Assembly: GCA_964187785.1 (NCBI GenBank) | Contig: OZ076409.1 | Coordinates: 29,018,001 to 29,082,000, forward strand | Origin: Amphiscolops sp. MND2022 | Lineage: Eukaryota | Direction of reading: 5' to 3' | Length of the DNA: 64,000 bases | Part shown: positions 62,001 to 64,000 of the stretch, in pieces | Layout: each line of letters begins with the position of its first letter | Numbering within the stretch: the stretch's first letter is position 1 | The notes under the pieces: model-generated | What the model saw: the letters and a program-made list of their open reading frames with translations, nothing else | Told to the model about the DNA's origin: nothing | Databases searched by the model: none | Made by a program: the position numbers and the translations under genes

Positions 62001-64000
62001 TTTTGATCCCTCGGGACGCACTATCATGTCTGCCCGACTACTGTTGGCGGTCGAGAGAGAAACCCGCCCAGAACTCACCATAGACGCTCTGATAGAAGAG
62101 ATGACCGCAAACGAGAATTGCCGGCAACTGACTCTGCCCCAACCGGAAGAGTGGCAAGTGAAAGGTGTCACTTCGACGTATCATGCCTATTCTCCGATTC
62201 CAGTCAAAGTCTGCATAGATGGTGTTGACATGCGTTTTGGCGCCACTATTCTTACTGATGCGTTTCCTCCTGGAATCTGCTTGGGACCGCAAGAGCTGCG
62301 CTGCTATAACATTGATGCTCAAGAACCAACTGGTGAAGCGAGAATCGATGAGCGTGCGTCGCTCGTGGTTTCATTCGTGGTTCCCGATGCTGCTCCCGTG
62401 CCATTACGTGGTCTAATAGACACTGGATCAGGAGTATCCATCCTCACCTTCTCAGCCTACAATCGAGTCGCCGTGCGCACTGGCACACTCTTACGACCTT
62501 ATGGTATTGACTTATATGCCGCGAATGGGAAGACGATCAAAACTCTTGGTCTAGCGGAGAAAGTCAAATTCCAATTGGGAGGCTATGAATTGGAAACTAA
62601 CTTCGTGGTAGTTGATGACGCTATGGGAGTGGAAGACTTCCTCCTGGGCAGAAACTTCCTAAGAGCTTATCAGGTCTTGGTAGACCTAACCGCGATGAAA
62701 GTCATTGTCCGAGCTCCCTCTGAACCGGTGTGGTACCATGCCCACGCGCATGTAAGTAACCAATCGCTCAATTCGTCGGTAGCGATTGCACAGGACGTAG
62801 TGTTGCAACCTTGTGAACGCGCGATACTACGCGCTAGATTGCTTGTAGACAACTTAGAACCTTTCATGTTTCGAACCGTGCTAATCAATTTTCAAACACC
62901 TAACCGAATGTTAAAAAACGCCATCTTTTTAGAGGACACCGTGGCGACTGTGGGGAAAACTGGTTTCCTTTACGTCAGTTTAGGAAATCTCACCAGCAAC
63001 GTACAGCGGATCAAAAAGTGCACCCTTTTGGGAACCGCGGTACCCGTGACGACGGTTCATAAAGCCATCCCCCAAATTGTCCCCGGACAATCAAATGAAA
63101 CTCTGCAGTCAAATGCAAATTATGTTTGTAAAGTTTACGAACAGATGAACCTTGATTCTTCTTCTGAATATAGTTCTTCATCTGAATTTGAGATTTTGTC
63201 CTCTACCGAACCGTCAGAACTAGGCTTGTCCGAGCGTGAAATAAAAAAACGAACCGATCCGGCGCTAATGGCTCCGATACCGGGCCCGGAAGCACAACTC
63301 GACGAAGAGCGCGGTTTGTGGGGCTCGACCGCCAGCGACACGCTTAGTAAACTTTTGAACGAATTTGATAATTTGTTTATGAAATTCAAAGCCGACATTG
63401 GCAAATGTAAAATCGCTAAGCACCCGGTGGAAGTAGAGCCAGGGGCTATACCTCACCGTGAAGGTGCAAGACGAATGTCGCCTGACAAGGCAGAACGTGC
63501 TAACCAAGAAGTCCGTGACTTGCTAGCTTTGGGAATGATACAACCTTCCCTATCCCCTTGGGCGAGTGGAATTGTTATGGTCAAAAAGAAGAGTGGTGAA
63601 TTGCGATTCTGTTGTGACTTTCGACCACTTAATGAAGTGACCATCAAAGACGCTTATCCCTTGCCACGTATCGATGAGAGTCTATCCCGATTGGGCAAAG
63701 CCAAAATCTATACCAGTATTGACTTGGCATGGGCATTCTGGCAAATTCCTGTCCGAAAAGCCGATCGTCAAAAGACTGCCTTCGCTTGTGAACTTGGGTT
63801 ATTTGAGTGGCGGCGTAAGCCTTTTGGTATGTGTAACGCATCAGCAACATTTCAACGGGCAATAGCGCGAGCGCTACAAAGAATAGTGAACCGCGAAGGA
63901 AGTATGGTTATGGCCTATATCGATGACATTGTGATTGCTACCGAGACCATCGAGGATCACATGGATAGACTAGGCGAAGTATTCCAATGCCTGCGTGAGG
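56019..64000 (+). mobile_element. Giant Ty3/Gypsy retrotransposon, copy B (truncated by the window edge within RT); inferred 5' LTR 56019-59699
   Basis: Colinear with copy A at an offset of ~18570 bp, with scattered substitutions and a few 1-nt indels. Confidence 0.95.
59144..64000 (+). pseudogene. Copy B gag-pol, frameshifted at 59780-59783
   Basis: C4 here versus C5 in copy A truncates the frame at 59794. The downstream frame still encodes capsid, knuckles, protease and RT; RRMPFG has become RRKPFG near 63817. Confidence 0.85.

Noticed and set aside
40791..63865. Many short antisense or alternate-frame ORFs overlapping gag-pol and ORF2
   Set aside because: These are shadows of long coding frames; their recurrence in copy B only reflects the recent duplication.

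Overview
AT-rich, intron-containing animal genomic DNA dominated by transposons; the species cannot be fixed from the sequence. It holds two host genes: the 3' five exons of a ferroportin (SLC40A1-like) gene (441-7092, +), and a class A GPCR (16506-15285, -) that can be spliced in frame to a downstream exon encoding an extra hydrophobic segment and a C-type-lectin-like domain (12547-11743, one frameshift). Bases 1-31 kb also carry Mutator-type and hAT-type MITEs with visible target-site duplications (TSDs), Helentron/DINE-1-like non-autonomous elements including a 427-bp tandem array, and a 2.3-kb solo LTR. A decayed Mag-like Ty3/Gypsy element follows at 32005-37105. The main feature is a giant, young Ty3/Gypsy LTR retrotransposon starting at 37447, about 22 kb if the inferred ~3.7-kb LTR is right. 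Repairing a few small lesions gives a single ~3250-aa Gag-Pol: coiled coil, capsid, two zinc knuckles, pseudo-protease, protease, dUTPase-like, RT, RNase H, integrase, AT-hooks, a Cys motif and two degenerate TARG1-like macrodomains. A second ORF of ~1450 aa sits in the env position, is not an env, and carries a degenerate SGNH-hydrolase-like domain. A near-identical second copy begins 75 bp inside the first copy's 3' LTR (56019) and runs off the window. All domain calls are by eye and need HMM or structure confirmation.
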